Assembly: GCA_903861155.1 (NCBI GenBank)
Contig: CAIOTL010000063.1
Span: 2,536-66,535, forward strand
Origin: an uncultured Bacteroidota bacterium
GTDB taxonomy: Bacteria > Bacteroidota > Bacteroidia > Flavobacteriales > Flavobacteriaceae
Length of the DNA stretch: 64,000 nucleotides
Direction of reading: 5' to 3'
Of the stretch, positions 7,962-18,395 are shown piece by piece. Position numbers and translations under genes: made by a program. The stretch's first letter is position 1, and each line of letters begins with the position of its first letter. The notes under the pieces were generated by a model that searched no databases, was not told where the DNA came from, and saw only the letters and a list, made by a program, of their open reading frames with translations.

Positions 7962-9809
7962 CTACAATTGAAAAATAAACGATTCCGAAGGAGCAATACT
8001 AATTTGTGCTTTTCCTTCCCCGTTTTCTACTCTTAATTGAACACTATTCTTGTGATACAATTGATCCGTAATGGTATAAGTTCCGTCTTTCAAATTCCAT
8101 TTTTGAATAATATCGGCAGGGATTTTGAGTTCGAAATTACTTGTGGTGAGCCAGGAAAAATTAGTCACGATAATTAACTTTTGGGAATCCGACCAGCGCA
8201 CAAAAGCAAAAATTCCGGCATCATAACCTTGAGTAGATTGACGATTTATCGTTTGAATTTCCTGAAATTTCCCCATTAAAGCTGAACTATTAATGGAAAA
8301 ATTTAGCAATCTCTTATAGAAATCACGTAAGTTTTTTTCTTCTTGCGAAAGCTGACCACCATCGAATTTTCCTTCGTTCATCCAACATTGAAGATTGGGT
8401 ACACCAACATAATCAAAAATTGAAGTTCTAGAATGGGTTCCAAAACCGGCATTTTCATTTCCGGCTTCGCCAACTTCCTGACCAAAATAAACCATTGTTG
8501 GTGCAGTGCTTATGGTTGTAGAAACTACCATTAAAGGTTTTCCTTTTTGTGGCGTTCCTGCAAATTCAGGACTTGCCAAACGTTGTTCATCGTGATTGTC
8601 CAAGAAATGCAACATATGGTGCTCAATATCGGCCATACGATGTTGAATATCCGAAAGTCCGTCAGGAGAAGTTTTTCCTTGAATTACCGCTTTCAAATGG
8701 TCGTAAGTCTCTACTTTATCATACAAATAATCCATTTTTCCGAGACGTATATAATTTCGATATTCATTTGGATTATACACTTCGGCCATTAAAAAAGCGT
8801 CTGGATTTTTAACTTTTATAGATGAATTCATAAAACTCCAGAATTCATACGGCACCATTTCGGCCATATCATATCTAAAGCCATCAACGCCTTTAGCAGT
8901 CCAATACAAAGCAATATCACGAAATTTAATCCAAGAACTTGGAACCTCTTTATCTTTCCAAAAATCAAAATGTTCCTGATATGATTTGGTATCATAACCC
9001 GCTGGAAGCTCCGGAAAGTCTTTCGAACCATCAGGGCGAATTCCATAATTTACTTTCACGGTTTCGTACCAATCGTTTTTGTCTGGTTTTGCCATTCGCG
9101 AACCGTTACCTGTCCATTTTGCTGGATTTTCGTTGAATTTTCCATCAATAAGCGGATTACTTTCACCATTTAATGGATGAATACCATCGGGAACTTCAAA
9201 ATGAGTATTTGGAATATAATAGAAGTTATTGTCGCGTTTGTATTCTACTGATGTATCATCATCGGCACCAAAATCTCTCACCCCTTTCGGATTGTTTTTT
9301 CCTTCGTATTTTCGAGCAATATGATTGGGAACAATATCAATAATCACCTTCAAACCCGCTTTGTGTGTTCGGGCAATCAAATCTTCGAATTCTTGCAAAC
9401 GATTAGCAGGATTCACTGCCAAATCAGGATTTACATTGTAATAATCTTTTACGGCATACGGCGAACCAGCGCGACCTTTTACCACTTCGGGATCATCGTT
9501 TGAAATGCCAATATTGGTATAATCGCGAACCAAAGCGTGATGCGGAACACCAGTGTACCAAACATAAGTAACACCCAAATCCTTGATTTCATTCAAAGCT
9601 TTATCAGTGAAATCATTGAACTTCCCTACTCCATTTTCCTCAATGGTTCCCCAAGGTTTGTTTGTGGTATTTTTGTTGCCGAATAATCTGGTAAAAACCT
9701 GATAGACAACTATTTTCTTTTCTACGTTCATTTTAATTGCTGAAGTTTTACAGGCTGCCGCCAAAAGCAGTATACTTATACTTGCAACAATAGTTATTTT
9801 TTTCATCAT
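7962..9809 (-). CDS. GH13 alpha-amylase family lipoprotein
   Basis: Conserved regions DIVPNH, GFRYDMAEMV, AEVY, FLDNHD; lipobox AAAC. Confidence 0.9.
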   Translation of the reverse strand: MMKKITIVASISILLLAAACKTSAIKMNVEKKIVVYQVFTRLFGNKNTTNKPWGTIEENGVGKFNDFTDKALNEIKDLGVTYVWYTGVPHHALVRDYTNIGISNDDPEVVKGRAGSPYAVKDYYNVNPDLAVNPANRLQEFEDLIARTHKAGLKVIIDIVPNHIARKYEGKNNPKGVRDFGADDDTSVEYKRDNNFYYIPNTHFEVPDGIHPLNGESNPLIDGKFNENPAKWTGNGSRMAKPDKNDWYETVKVNYGIRPDGSKDFPELPAGYDTKSYQEHFDFWKDKEVPSSWIKFRDIALYWTAKGVDGFRYDMAEMVPYEFWSFMNSSIKVKNPDAFLMAEVYNPNEYRNYIRLGKMDYLYDKVETYDHLKAVIQGKTSPDGLSDIQHRMADIEHHMLHFLDNHDEQRLASPEFAGTPQKGKPLMVVSTTISTAPTMVYFGQEVGEAGNENAGFGTHSRTSIFDYVGVPNLQCWMNEGKFDGGQLSQEEKNLRDFYKRLLNFSINSSALMGKFQEIQTINRQSTQGYDAGIFAFVRWSDSQKLIIVTNFSWLTTSNFELKIPADIIQKWNLKDGTYTITDQLYHKNSVQLRVENGEGKAQISIAPSESFIFQL

Positions 9810-10086
9810 ACAAAATTATTTTAACGAATTTCATTGGATTTTTATACAATTCCAACTTTTGGTACTATTATTTTTTAAAATTAATATATATTTCTTAGCA
9901 TAAGCGAAAATCATTTCGAATAACAATCAATAATTCGAACTACAACGAAACACTATAGCTATTTGTTGATAAGTTTAGGAACAAAATCAAATCATATCAT
10001 TTTCCTTATATGCTTCGTTTATAAATAAATCATAATATGGATTATGGTTGTTTCCTTTTTCTTAAATTTGGCAAAAAATAAATCCA

Positions 10087-11715
10087 TTGAAGAAATTATT
10101 GTTTTTTATAAGTTGCTGTGCGACGATTCTAGGATCACAAATCCTTTTGGCGCAAGTACCCAAAAAAATCATTGTAGAACATTCTGATTATTTCGACATC
10201 AATCAAGTTGAAATACCTGATGCGATATTGCTTACCGGAAGTGTACGTGTGAACCACGAAGGCATAATTTTAACGTGTAATAAAGCGTATTTTTTTCAAA
10301 AAGAAAACTACATCAAAGCCTTTGGAAACGTGCAATTGGTCCAAGGTGACACCTTGTTTTTAAACAGTAAATATGCCGAGTATAACGGTAATATGAAACA
10401 GGCTTTTGCCACTGGCGGTGCCGTTATGCGTTCCCCGGAAAGCACTTTGGTAACGGACTCTATCAATTTTAACCGCAATACACAAGAAGTGTATTACAAC
10501 ACGCAGGGAATCATTACTAACAAAGACAATACTTTGCGTAGCAAGTCTGGAAAATATTACGTTGCCGAAAAAAAGTTCCAATTCCTTACGGCTGTTACCA
10601 TCACGAATCCAAAATATGTCATCAAATCCAATCATTTAGATTATTACAGCAATTCCGGGCAATCCTATCTTTTTGGTCCTTCGACCATTACCAGTAAAGC
10701 AAATTATATTTATACCGAAAAAGGGTTTTATGATACCAAAAGAAATGTGGCTCATTTTCTTCGAAAGTCTTATATTAGGTATAATGACCGACTGATTGAA
10801 GGCGACAGCCTGTATTATGACCGAAACCGGGAATTTGCCTCGGCTACCAGAAACGTAAAAATCACCGATTCCATCAATCGGGGAATCGTCAAAGGACATT
10901 ATGCTGAAATCTACAAAAACCAGGATTCAATGTTCGTCGCCAAAAGAGCCGTGGCAGTCAATTTTGTTGAAAATGATTCGGTTTATATTCACGGCAAAAA
11001 GCTGATGGTTACCGGACCAGAAGGCAATCGAATTATTCGTGCTTTCAACAATGTCCGTTTTTTTAAAACCGATATGAGCGGAAAATGCGATTCAATTTAT
11101 TCGAGTTCAAAAACAGCCCTGACAAAACTGATTGGAAACCCCATTCTTTGGAACGGCGAAAGCCAGATTACCGGCGATGTAATGCATCTTATAGGCAACA
11201 ACAATACTCAAAAGTTAGATTCGCTCAAAGTCCTCAACAATACTTTTTTGGTCTCGAAAGATACGCTGGGAACGGGTTTCAATCAGGTGAAAGGGCAGAA
11301 TCTCTACGGCAAATTTCTGGAAGGAAAACTCCACGATGTCGATATCATAAAAAACACCGAAATGATTTATTATATGCGAAATGATGCCCATGATCTTATT
11401 GGCATCAACAAGAACGTGAGCAGTAAAATTAACCTTCTTTTTGACAAAAAAAAAATAGAAACCATCACCTTTTTTCAGCAAGTGGACGGCGACATTTATC
11501 CCGAAAAAGACTTGCCCGAAAACGCCCGAAAACTGCGCGGACTGGTCTGGCGTGGCGATGAAAGAATAAAAACAAAGGACAATATTTTTACGGCCGAGGA
11601 GAACGAACTCAACGACAAACTGGTCAAGCAAGGCAAAGACGAAAATGCCAAGGAAAATGTCCCGATGAAAATCAGGAAGGAAACCTTGAATTACGATAAG
11701 AAGAAAAAGAAGTAG
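10087..11715 (+). CDS. OstA/LptA-like beta-jellyroll repeat protein
   Basis: TTG start 17 nt after TAAATTTG (10063-10070); signal peptide; repeated AFGNVQLVQGDT and L.GDSLYYDR beta-taco motifs. Confidence 0.75.
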   Translation: MKKLLFFISCCATILGSQILLAQVPKKIIVEHSDYFDINQVEIPDAILLTGSVRVNHEGIILTCNKAYFFQKENYIKAFGNVQLVQGDTLFLNSKYAEYNGNMKQAFATGGAVMRSPESTLVTDSINFNRNTQEVYYNTQGIITNKDNTLRSKSGKYYVAEKKFQFLTAVTITNPKYVIKSNHLDYYSNSGQSYLFGPSTITSKANYIYTEKGFYDTKRNVAHFLRKSYIRYNDRLIEGDSLYYDRNREFASATRNVKITDSINRGIVKGHYAEIYKNQDSMFVAKRAVAVNFVENDSVYIHGKKLMVTGPEGNRIIRAFNNVRFFKTDMSGKCDSIYSSSKTALTKLIGNPILWNGESQITGDVMHLIGNNNTQKLDSLKVLNNTFLVSKDTLGTGFNQVKGQNLYGKFLEGKLHDVDIIKNTEMIYYMRNDAHDLIGINKNVSSKINLLFDKKKIETITFFQQVDGDIYPEKDLPENARKLRGLVWRGDERIKTKDNIFTAEENELNDKLVKQGKDENAKENVPMKIRKETLNYDKKKKK

Positions 11716-11730
11716 GCTTCAGGTATTAGC

Positions 11731-11755
11731 GTCATTGTGAGGCACGAAGCAAACT
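11731..11755. repeat. Degenerate REP-like element GTCATTGTGAGGCACGAAGCAAAC
   Basis: Resembles the GTCATTGCGAGGAACGAAGCAATC repeat I recall from Bacteroidota genomes. Confidence 0.45.
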
Positions 11756-11780
11756 CTTGTCAAATTAATCAAACAAACCA

Positions 11781-12965
11781 TTGAAGAACGATTTCATAAA
11801 ATACCAAGCCCAAACTTCTCCCTATCCTTTAGGAATGGAAGTTTCAAGTGCAAAAGGTTCTTATATTTTCGATAGCAACAATAAAAAATATTTGGATTTT
11901 GTGGCTGGCGTTTCGGCTTGTACTCTGGGCCATCAAAATAAAAGAGTAAATGAAGCAATTAAAGATCAGTTAGACAAGTATTCGCACGTGATGGTGTATG
12001 GCGAATATTCGCAAAGTCCAGCTGTGGAATATTGCAAATTGTTGGCCTCACTCCTACCCAAACCATTAGACAAAACCTACCTCGTCAATTCTGGTACCGA
12101 AGCCATTGAAGGCGCTTTAAAACTCGCCCGAAGAATTACCGGTCGTAGCCAATTGATTTCGTGCCACAATGCGTATCACGGCAATACCATGGGTTCGATG
12201 AGCGTGATGGGATTCGAGGAACGCAAGCGAATTTTCCGTCCGCTGATTCCCGATGTCGAATTTATCACCTTCAACAACGAAGCCGATTTAGAAAAAATAA
12301 CCACTAAAACTGCTGGAATTCTTCTGGAAACTATTCAAGGTGGTGCTGGGTTTATTGAACCACAGAACGATTTTCTGAAAAAAGTTAGAGAACGTTGCAC
12401 GGAAATCGGAGCCATCATGATTCTCGACGAAATCCAACCCGGTTTCGGCAGAACGGGGAAACTTTTTGGATTCGAAAACTACGATGTCGTTCCTGATATT
12501 GTCGTTATGGGAAAAGGAATGGGCGGCGGAATGCCTGTTGGCGCTTTCACGGCATCTTCGGAAATGATGGATTTATTGACTCATAATCCAAAGTTGGGCC
12601 ACATCACGACTTTTGGAGGTCATCCTGTCATAGCGGCAGCCTGTTTGGCAACTTTACAGGAAATTACCGAAACAAATTTGATGGAAGAAGCTTTGGAAAA
12701 AGAAAAACTCTTCCGATCGCTTTTGGTACATCCTTTGATAAAAGAAATTAGAGGAAAGGGATTAATGCTTGCGGCAATGACCGAAAGTGCAGCGGTAACG
12801 AATGAAGTAATTCTTCGCTGTCAAGACAAAGGGCTTATTTTATTTTGGCTGCTTTTCGAAGCAAATGCCATTCGAATTACGCCTCCATTAACAATTTCAG
12901 AAGACGAAATTCGAGAAGGGTGCACGATAATGCTTGAAGTAATGGATGAAATAATCCCCACCTAA
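11781..12965 (+). CDS. Class III PLP aminotransferase (acetylornithine aminotransferase-like)
   Basis: NSGTEA, AYHGNT, ETIQGGAG, DEIQPGFGRTG, GKGMGGG, TTFGGHP. Confidence 0.9.
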   Translation: MKNDFIKYQAQTSPYPLGMEVSSAKGSYIFDSNNKKYLDFVAGVSACTLGHQNKRVNEAIKDQLDKYSHVMVYGEYSQSPAVEYCKLLASLLPKPLDKTYLVNSGTEAIEGALKLARRITGRSQLISCHNAYHGNTMGSMSVMGFEERKRIFRPLIPDVEFITFNNEADLEKITTKTAGILLETIQGGAGFIEPQNDFLKKVRERCTEIGAIMILDEIQPGFGRTGKLFGFENYDVVPDIVVMGKGMGGGMPVGAFTASSEMMDLLTHNPKLGHITTFGGHPVIAAACLATLQEITETNLMEEALEKEKLFRSLLVHPLIKEIRGKGLMLAAMTESAAVTNEVILRCQDKGLILFWLLFEANAIRITPPLTISEDEIREGCTIMLEVMDEIIPT

Positions 12966-12987
12966 CCCTCCCCGAAGAAAAGGGAAC
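12954..12987. repeat. Decayed REP-like hairpin overlapping the aminotransferase stop codon
   Basis: CCCCACCTAACCCTCCCC-GAA-GAAAAGGG is GC-rich in an AT-rich context and resembles CCCTCCCC-GAA-GGGGAGGG elements. Confidence 0.45.
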
Positions 12988-13129
12988 GGCTAGTGGAATT
13001 ATTTAGTAAGGACATTGAAATTTATATTGAAAAACTGTTAATTAAATTGTTCACAACAATTCCCAATTTTCCTCACAATAACGATAAGGTTGCCTAATTT
13101 TATTTTGGGCAAACTCAAAAAAACAAACC

Positions 13130-14527
13130 ATGCAATTAAGCGAAGAAGAAGAGGAATATAACTTATCCCTATCTAAATTTGAGTCGATGTTGAAAACCAA
13201 CAAAGTGCTCTTTTTTGACTCCGAAGAATTTGAAGAAATCATCCTTCATTACCTCGACATGGGAAAAGCTGCTTTGGCGAAAAAAGCTTTGAAACTGGCT
13301 CTGGAACAACACCCGAAATCAACTGGCCTGAAACTGGTTCAGGTTGAAATGCTGGTTTATGACGACAAACTCGAACTGGCCGAAAAACTCCTCAACGAGT
13401 TGTACGCTATCGAGCCAACTAACGAAGAAATTTATATCCAAAAAGCAAACATTTTTTCCAAAAGAGACAACCACGAAAAAGCGGTTGAATTGCTGAATAT
13501 TGCTTTAGAATATACCGATGATTTGGCCGACGTGCACAATTTAATCGGGATGGAATACCTGTTTATGGACAATCTTGAACTGGCCAAAGAAAGCTTTATC
13601 AAATGTCTTGAAGAAGATTTCGAGGATCAATCGGCCTTGTATAATGTAGTGTATTGCTTCGAGTTTTTGGACCAAAACCAGGAAGCCATCATCTATTTAA
13701 AAAAATACATTGACCAAAATCCGTACAGCGAAATCGCTTGGCATCAGTTGGGTCGCTTGCATTATGGCGTAAAAGAATACGAAGATTCTATTCGCGCTTT
13801 TGATTATGCAACACTTATTGATGATGAATTTCTGGGTGCTTTTATGGAAAGAGCCAAGGCTTTGGAACGATTGAAAAAATACAAGGAAGCCATCGAAAGT
13901 TACAACAGAACCATCGAGCTGGACGATGCCACTTCGTATGCTTTGCTAAGAATTGGGAAATGCTACGAAAAGCTGGGCAACAAGGTCCAGGCTTTGAAAT
14001 ACTTCAATAAAACAGTTCATGAAGATCCACTTTTAGACAAAGGTTGGATTGCCATCACCGATTTTTATGTTCGCCAAAAAAACTTCGAAAAAGCATTATT
14101 TTTCGTCAACAAAGCGTTGGCAATTGACAACCAAAATCGTCTGTATTGGAAACGATTTGCCTCAATCAACAAGCAATTAAACCTCTTTGAAGAAGCTGAA
14201 TTTGGGTATCGAAAAGCGGTAGAATTTGGCGATTACCAACTGGATACTTGGTTATTTTGGGTCGATATTCTTCAGTTTTTGGGCGAGTTCGAAAGCGCAA
14301 TTCAAACCTTGTTGCAAGCCTCGGAATATTTCCCGGAAGAAAATGAAGTCGAATATCGTTTGGCCGGATTGTACTTTATGATTCAGGATATTACCAAGGC
14401 GAAATTCCATTTGAGCAACGCTTTGCGATTGAATTTTGACAATTATATCATCTTAGAAGATTTATTTCCGGTGGTTTGGACTCGAAAAATGGTGCAGAAT
14501 TACATTGCAAAACACAATAAATTATAA
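13130..14527 (+). CDS. Tetratricopeptide repeat protein
   Basis: Multiple 34-aa helical repeats (A..Y..A.E.D/P patterns). Confidence 0.9.
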   Translation: MQLSEEEEEYNLSLSKFESMLKTNKVLFFDSEEFEEIILHYLDMGKAALAKKALKLALEQHPKSTGLKLVQVEMLVYDDKLELAEKLLNELYAIEPTNEEIYIQKANIFSKRDNHEKAVELLNIALEYTDDLADVHNLIGMEYLFMDNLELAKESFIKCLEEDFEDQSALYNVVYCFEFLDQNQEAIIYLKKYIDQNPYSEIAWHQLGRLHYGVKEYEDSIRAFDYATLIDDEFLGAFMERAKALERLKKYKEAIESYNRTIELDDATSYALLRIGKCYEKLGNKVQALKYFNKTVHEDPLLDKGWIAITDFYVRQKNFEKALFFVNKALAIDNQNRLYWKRFASINKQLNLFEEAEFGYRKAVEFGDYQLDTWLFWVDILQFLGEFESAIQTLLQASEYFPEENEVEYRLAGLYFMIQDITKAKFHLSNALRLNFDNYIILEDLFPVVWTRKMVQNYIAKHNKL

Positions 14528-15276
14528 TGCAAGATACAATACGAAAACGCTTTGGTTTACTGGGACGCAACATCAATTATTCCTTTTCGAAAGGTTATTT
14601 TATCGAAAAATTTGATACAGAGAAACTCGAAGGTTACACGTATGAGAATTTCGATATTCAAGAAATAACAACTTTCCCCGAAATCATAAAAACTAATCCC
14701 GATTTAAAAGGATTGAATGTCACTATTCCGTACAAAGAAACGGTAATTCCGTTTTTGGACAAATTATCCAAAAAAGCGAGGGTAATTGGTGCGGTAAACA
14801 CCATAAAAATCAACAAAAAAGGAAAACTTAAAGGTTACAACACGGATTATTATGGTTTCAAGAAATCACTAAAACCCTTGTTGCAACCCCACCACAAAAA
14901 AGCCTTGATTTTGGGAACTGGAGGCGCTTCGAAAGGAGTTGCCTTTGCTTTGGACGAATTGGGAATACTGTACACTTTCGTTTCCCGACAAGCCAAAGAA
15001 AACACAATTGACTACAGCCAAATCAATACTGCCACTTTTGACGAATACCAAATTATCATCAACTCGACGCCGGTGGGAACCAGCCCAAATACAGAGGCTT
15101 TTCCTTTAATTCCTTACGAATATTTTACCAAAAAGCACATTGCTTACGACTTAATTTACAATCCTGCGGAAACCCTTTTCCTAAAGAAGGCCTCGGAGCA
15201 AGGCGCACAAACCAAAAACGGACTGGATATGCTTGTTTTTCAGGCAGAGAAAGCATGGGAAATTTGGAATAGATAA
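14527..15276 (+). CDS. aroE: Shikimate dehydrogenase
   Basis: GLNVTIPYK, GAVNT, GYNTD, LILGTGGA, IINSTPVG, NGLDMLVFQA. Confidence 0.95.
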   Translation: MQDTIRKRFGLLGRNINYSFSKGYFIEKFDTEKLEGYTYENFDIQEITTFPEIIKTNPDLKGLNVTIPYKETVIPFLDKLSKKARVIGAVNTIKINKKGKLKGYNTDYYGFKKSLKPLLQPHHKKALILGTGGASKGVAFALDELGILYTFVSRQAKENTIDYSQINTATFDEYQIIINSTPVGTSPNTEAFPLIPYEYFTKKHIAYDLIYNPAETLFLKKASEQGAQTKNGLDMLVFQAEKAWEIWNR

Positions 15277-15302
15277 TAATATTTCTGTTTAAATAAAAAT
15301 AC

Positions 15303-15329
15303 AAACCATTCTTTCGAATGTTTTTTTTT
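15303..15329 (+). terminator. Weak intrinsic terminator after aroE
   Basis: CATTC-TTTC-GAATG followed by T9. Confidence 0.55.
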
Positions 15330-15521
15330 ATTTAAATAACTTATCTAACGCAATCGAACTTATTCAGTTATTTTAACATTTTAAGCATTCTGAAGACCTA
15401 TAATAAGTAAACTAAGCAAAAAAAAACACGAATTGTACAAGCTATTGAAGACAATTTCCCTTAATTTTATGACTTATAAATGATTAGCTAAAATTTAATC
15501 AAACCTAGAAAGTCTCTATTG

Positions 15522-16253
15522 ATGGCAACAAAAAAAGCACCAACTATTACAATAGGGAATAAAATTATTGCCAAGATTGTACATGCCGGCAAAGAATACA
15601 AAGCTGGCGATTCAATCATTACTGCCTTAAAAGCAAGTTCAGTTGAATTAAAAGCCGGTGAACTCCTACTTATTATTGGCCCTTCGGGATCCGGAAAAAC
15701 CACCCTACTTTCCTTATTTGGCTGTGTGCTTTATCCGAGTTTTGGTGAAGTCTGGATCGATACCGTAAAAGTAAATGACTTAACCGAAAGCAAATTAGCA
15801 GAACTACGATTACTGAAAATTGGGTTTATATTTCAACGATTTAATCTAATAGTCCCCCTTACAGCATTAGAAAATGTGATGATGCCTCTGATTTTGAAAG
15901 GCATAAGCGATAAAGACGCAAGAATAAAAGCTACCAAAGCATTAGATAAAATGGGGATGTGCGATCGAATGAATAATCTTTCTAATGATTTAAGTGGTGG
16001 ACAACAGCAAAGGGTTGCCATTGCAAGAGCGTTGGTTACAAATCCTGAAATGATGCTTTGCGATGAACCTACCGCATCATTAGACCTTGCTAGTGCAGGC
16101 ATTGTGATGAGAGAACTTAAAGAATTAGCAAAACAGGGAAAGGCTGTTGCAGTGGTAACACATGATACAAGATTGCTCCCTTTTGCAGATAGAATAGTGT
16201 ATGTCTTAGATGGCGGCATTTCAGACCAACCTGTAGAAGAAGAATCACTTTAA
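15522..16253 (+). CDS. ABC transporter ATP-binding protein (LolD/DevA/MacB-NBD type)
   Basis: GPSGSGKT, GFIFQRFNL, LSGGQQQRVAIARAL, LCDEPT, VVTHD. Confidence 0.95.
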   Translation: MATKKAPTITIGNKIIAKIVHAGKEYKAGDSIITALKASSVELKAGELLLIIGPSGSGKTTLLSLFGCVLYPSFGEVWIDTVKVNDLTESKLAELRLLKIGFIFQRFNLIVPLTALENVMMPLILKGISDKDARIKATKALDKMGMCDRMNNLSNDLSGGQQQRVAIARALVTNPEMMLCDEPTASLDLASAGIVMRELKELAKQGKAVAVVTHDTRLLPFADRIVYVLDGGISDQPVEEESL

Positions 16254-16263
16254 AAAAAATTGA

Positions 16264-17220
16264 ATGATGAAACATTATCTACCTTTTATACTTCTTATTT
16301 TCATTTCCACCTCTTGCAACAACAAATCTGCAAAAGAAAAAGCGGAAATTGAAAATCCCAAGCAAGTAATTGCCATTAACCGGATAGTTGGTATTGGCAA
16401 AATCATTCCTGAGAATGATATTATACAATTGTCATCACCCATAAATGGAATTGTTCATAAAATTTATAAATGGGAGAATGATTCTGTAAATATTGGCACA
16501 GTTATTTTAGAATTAGACCATAATGTAGAAGATGCCAAAATAGTACAATTGAACAATGAAATCAATACTCAATCTGCACAGATAAAAGTGGATGAGGCTG
16601 GTGTTGGAGAATTTGAGGCAAAAGTTAGTAATACAAAATGGAAGTTGCAACGTTTACAAAAATTACTGTTGAAAGGTGCCGAAACCCAACAAACCCTAGA
16701 CGATGAAGCAACAAATGTAAAAACTCTAAACTCCAATTTAAAAAAAATTGAAGCTAGTGTAACTGTTTCTAAAAGCAGATTACAAGAAGCAAAAACAAAT
16801 TTGAAAACAGCCTTAATAGAAAGAGATCAAAAAATAATTAAATCTCCAATAAATGGAAAGATTTTAGAATTAACCATTTTAATTGGGGGTTCAGTATCGA
16901 TACAACAATCATTTGCACAAATAAGTCCTGGGGGCAAAACAATTGCGATTTGCGAAATTGATGAATTGAATTCTGAAAAAATATTGATTGGACAAAAAGG
17001 ATGGGTTAGAAATGTTGGTGCTTCTGATACCCTATCAACCGGAACGGTTTACTTCGCTTCTTCCTTTCTAAAGAAAAAATCATTATTTACAGACCAATCG
17101 GGTGAAAAAGAAGATAGACGGGTAAGAACTATAAAAATGATGCTTGACAATCCCGAAAAATTATTGTTGAATGCAAGAGTTGAATGCGTTATAGCTATTT
17201 CGGAAAAACCTAAAAAATAA
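16264..17220 (+). CDS. Periplasmic adaptor/membrane fusion lipoprotein (HlyD/DevB-like)
   Basis: Lipobox ISTS-C, lipoyl half-motifs (SSPINGIV, IKSPINGKI), coiled coil, C-terminal DRRV motif. Confidence 0.85.
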   Translation: MMKHYLPFILLIFISTSCNNKSAKEKAEIENPKQVIAINRIVGIGKIIPENDIIQLSSPINGIVHKIYKWENDSVNIGTVILELDHNVEDAKIVQLNNEINTQSAQIKVDEAGVGEFEAKVSNTKWKLQRLQKLLLKGAETQQTLDDEATNVKTLNSNLKKIEASVTVSKSRLQEAKTNLKTALIERDQKIIKSPINGKILELTILIGGSVSIQQSFAQISPGGKTIAICEIDELNSEKILIGQKGWVRNVGASDTLSTGTVYFASSFLKKKSLFTDQSGEKEDRRVRTIKMMLDNPEKLLLNARVECVIAISEKPKK

Positions 17221-17224
17221 AACG

Positions 17225-18352
17225 ATGTTAAAGATTGCATGGAAATTCATCAAATTCGACAAGGCTAAAAGTATTGGGGTTGTAGTTGGCATTCTAATTA
17301 GCACTTTTTTAATTGGGCAACAGTTAGGTGTTTTCATTTTCCTATCTGGTCTTATGGGAGCTTTAGCTACCGATGTAAAAGCAGATATTTGGGTAGTAGA
17401 CAGCAAAACGGATGACGTGAATCAATTGGGGAGATTGGATATAAGAAACCTTAGAGCAATTCAAGGGATCAATGGAGTTAAAGAAGCCTTTCCGTTAATT
17501 ATAGCGGGAGCATCTTGCAATTTTAAGAATGGTACAAGTGGTGCTATAACTTTACTGGGGGTAGACGAAACGCACACGAATGCATTGGTAGGCAATGATA
17601 AAATTATGGCGGGAAAAATTTCCGATTTACAATTAGATGGAGCTGTAAGTGGTGAGTTTTTTGAAAAGAAAAACTTAGGTAATAATATCAACCTTGGAAC
17701 CAATTTTGAGATTAACGGCAAAAGGGCGCTTTTTGTTTTACAAACAAAAGGATTTCGTGGTTTTGGTAGCAGTTTTTGCATCACCACTATTGAAAGAGCA
17801 CGATTTTTTTCGAACCAATCACCTAATACCATAAGTGCAGTATTAGTGGATGTAGAAAATCCTAAAGATATTGACAAAGTGGTTGCAACTATAAATCAAA
17901 ATGTTTTTGGTGTTCACGCATGGCCGTCTCAAAAATTAGCTTCTTCTTCGGTAAAAAAAATATTGGCAAGTAGCGGTATTGCTTTAAGCACAGGCACACT
18001 CATCATCTTTGCATTAATTGCAGGCTTTTTCATTATAGGATTAACTCTGTATTCTTCAGCACTCGATCGTTTAAAAGATTACGGTACTTTAAAAGCAATT
18101 GGTGCCGATAATAAATACATCAGCAAATTAATTCTGACTCAGGCGATGCTGTTTACCTTTGTTGGCTTTATCATTGGTTTAGCATTACTTGAAGGTTTTA
18201 GGTTTGGGGTTGCAAAATCAGGATTAATTTTTTCGTTTTCTCCACTGGTATTGCTATTAATGTTTGCTGCAATTGGCTTGATATCATTGAGCGGATCTTC
18301 ATTTGCATTGATCAGAATTAGAAGTGTAGAACCCGCTGCAGTATTTAGATAA
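17225..18352 (+). CDS. ABC permease, FtsX/MacB-type (DevC-like)
   Basis: N-terminal TM, periplasmic domain, three C-terminal TMs with DYGTLKAIGA. Confidence 0.88.
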   Translation: MLKIAWKFIKFDKAKSIGVVVGILISTFLIGQQLGVFIFLSGLMGALATDVKADIWVVDSKTDDVNQLGRLDIRNLRAIQGINGVKEAFPLIIAGASCNFKNGTSGAITLLGVDETHTNALVGNDKIMAGKISDLQLDGAVSGEFFEKKNLGNNINLGTNFEINGKRALFVLQTKGFRGFGSSFCITTIERARFFSNQSPNTISAVLVDVENPKDIDKVVATINQNVFGVHAWPSQKLASSSVKKILASSGIALSTGTLIIFALIAGFFIIGLTLYSSALDRLKDYGTLKAIGADNKYISKLILTQAMLFTFVGFIIGLALLEGFRFGVAKSGLIFSFSPLVLLLMFAAIGLISLSGSSFALIRIRSVEPAAVFR

Positions 18353-18395
18353 TTAGTAAGCAGAAAGAAGCATTCATCAATAAAAATAAAACAAG

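Noticed and set aside
11446-11455. A10 tract in the OstA-like gene as phase variation
   Set aside because: Probably an envelope housekeeping gene and the tract encodes a Lys run; used only as a background control for other A tracts
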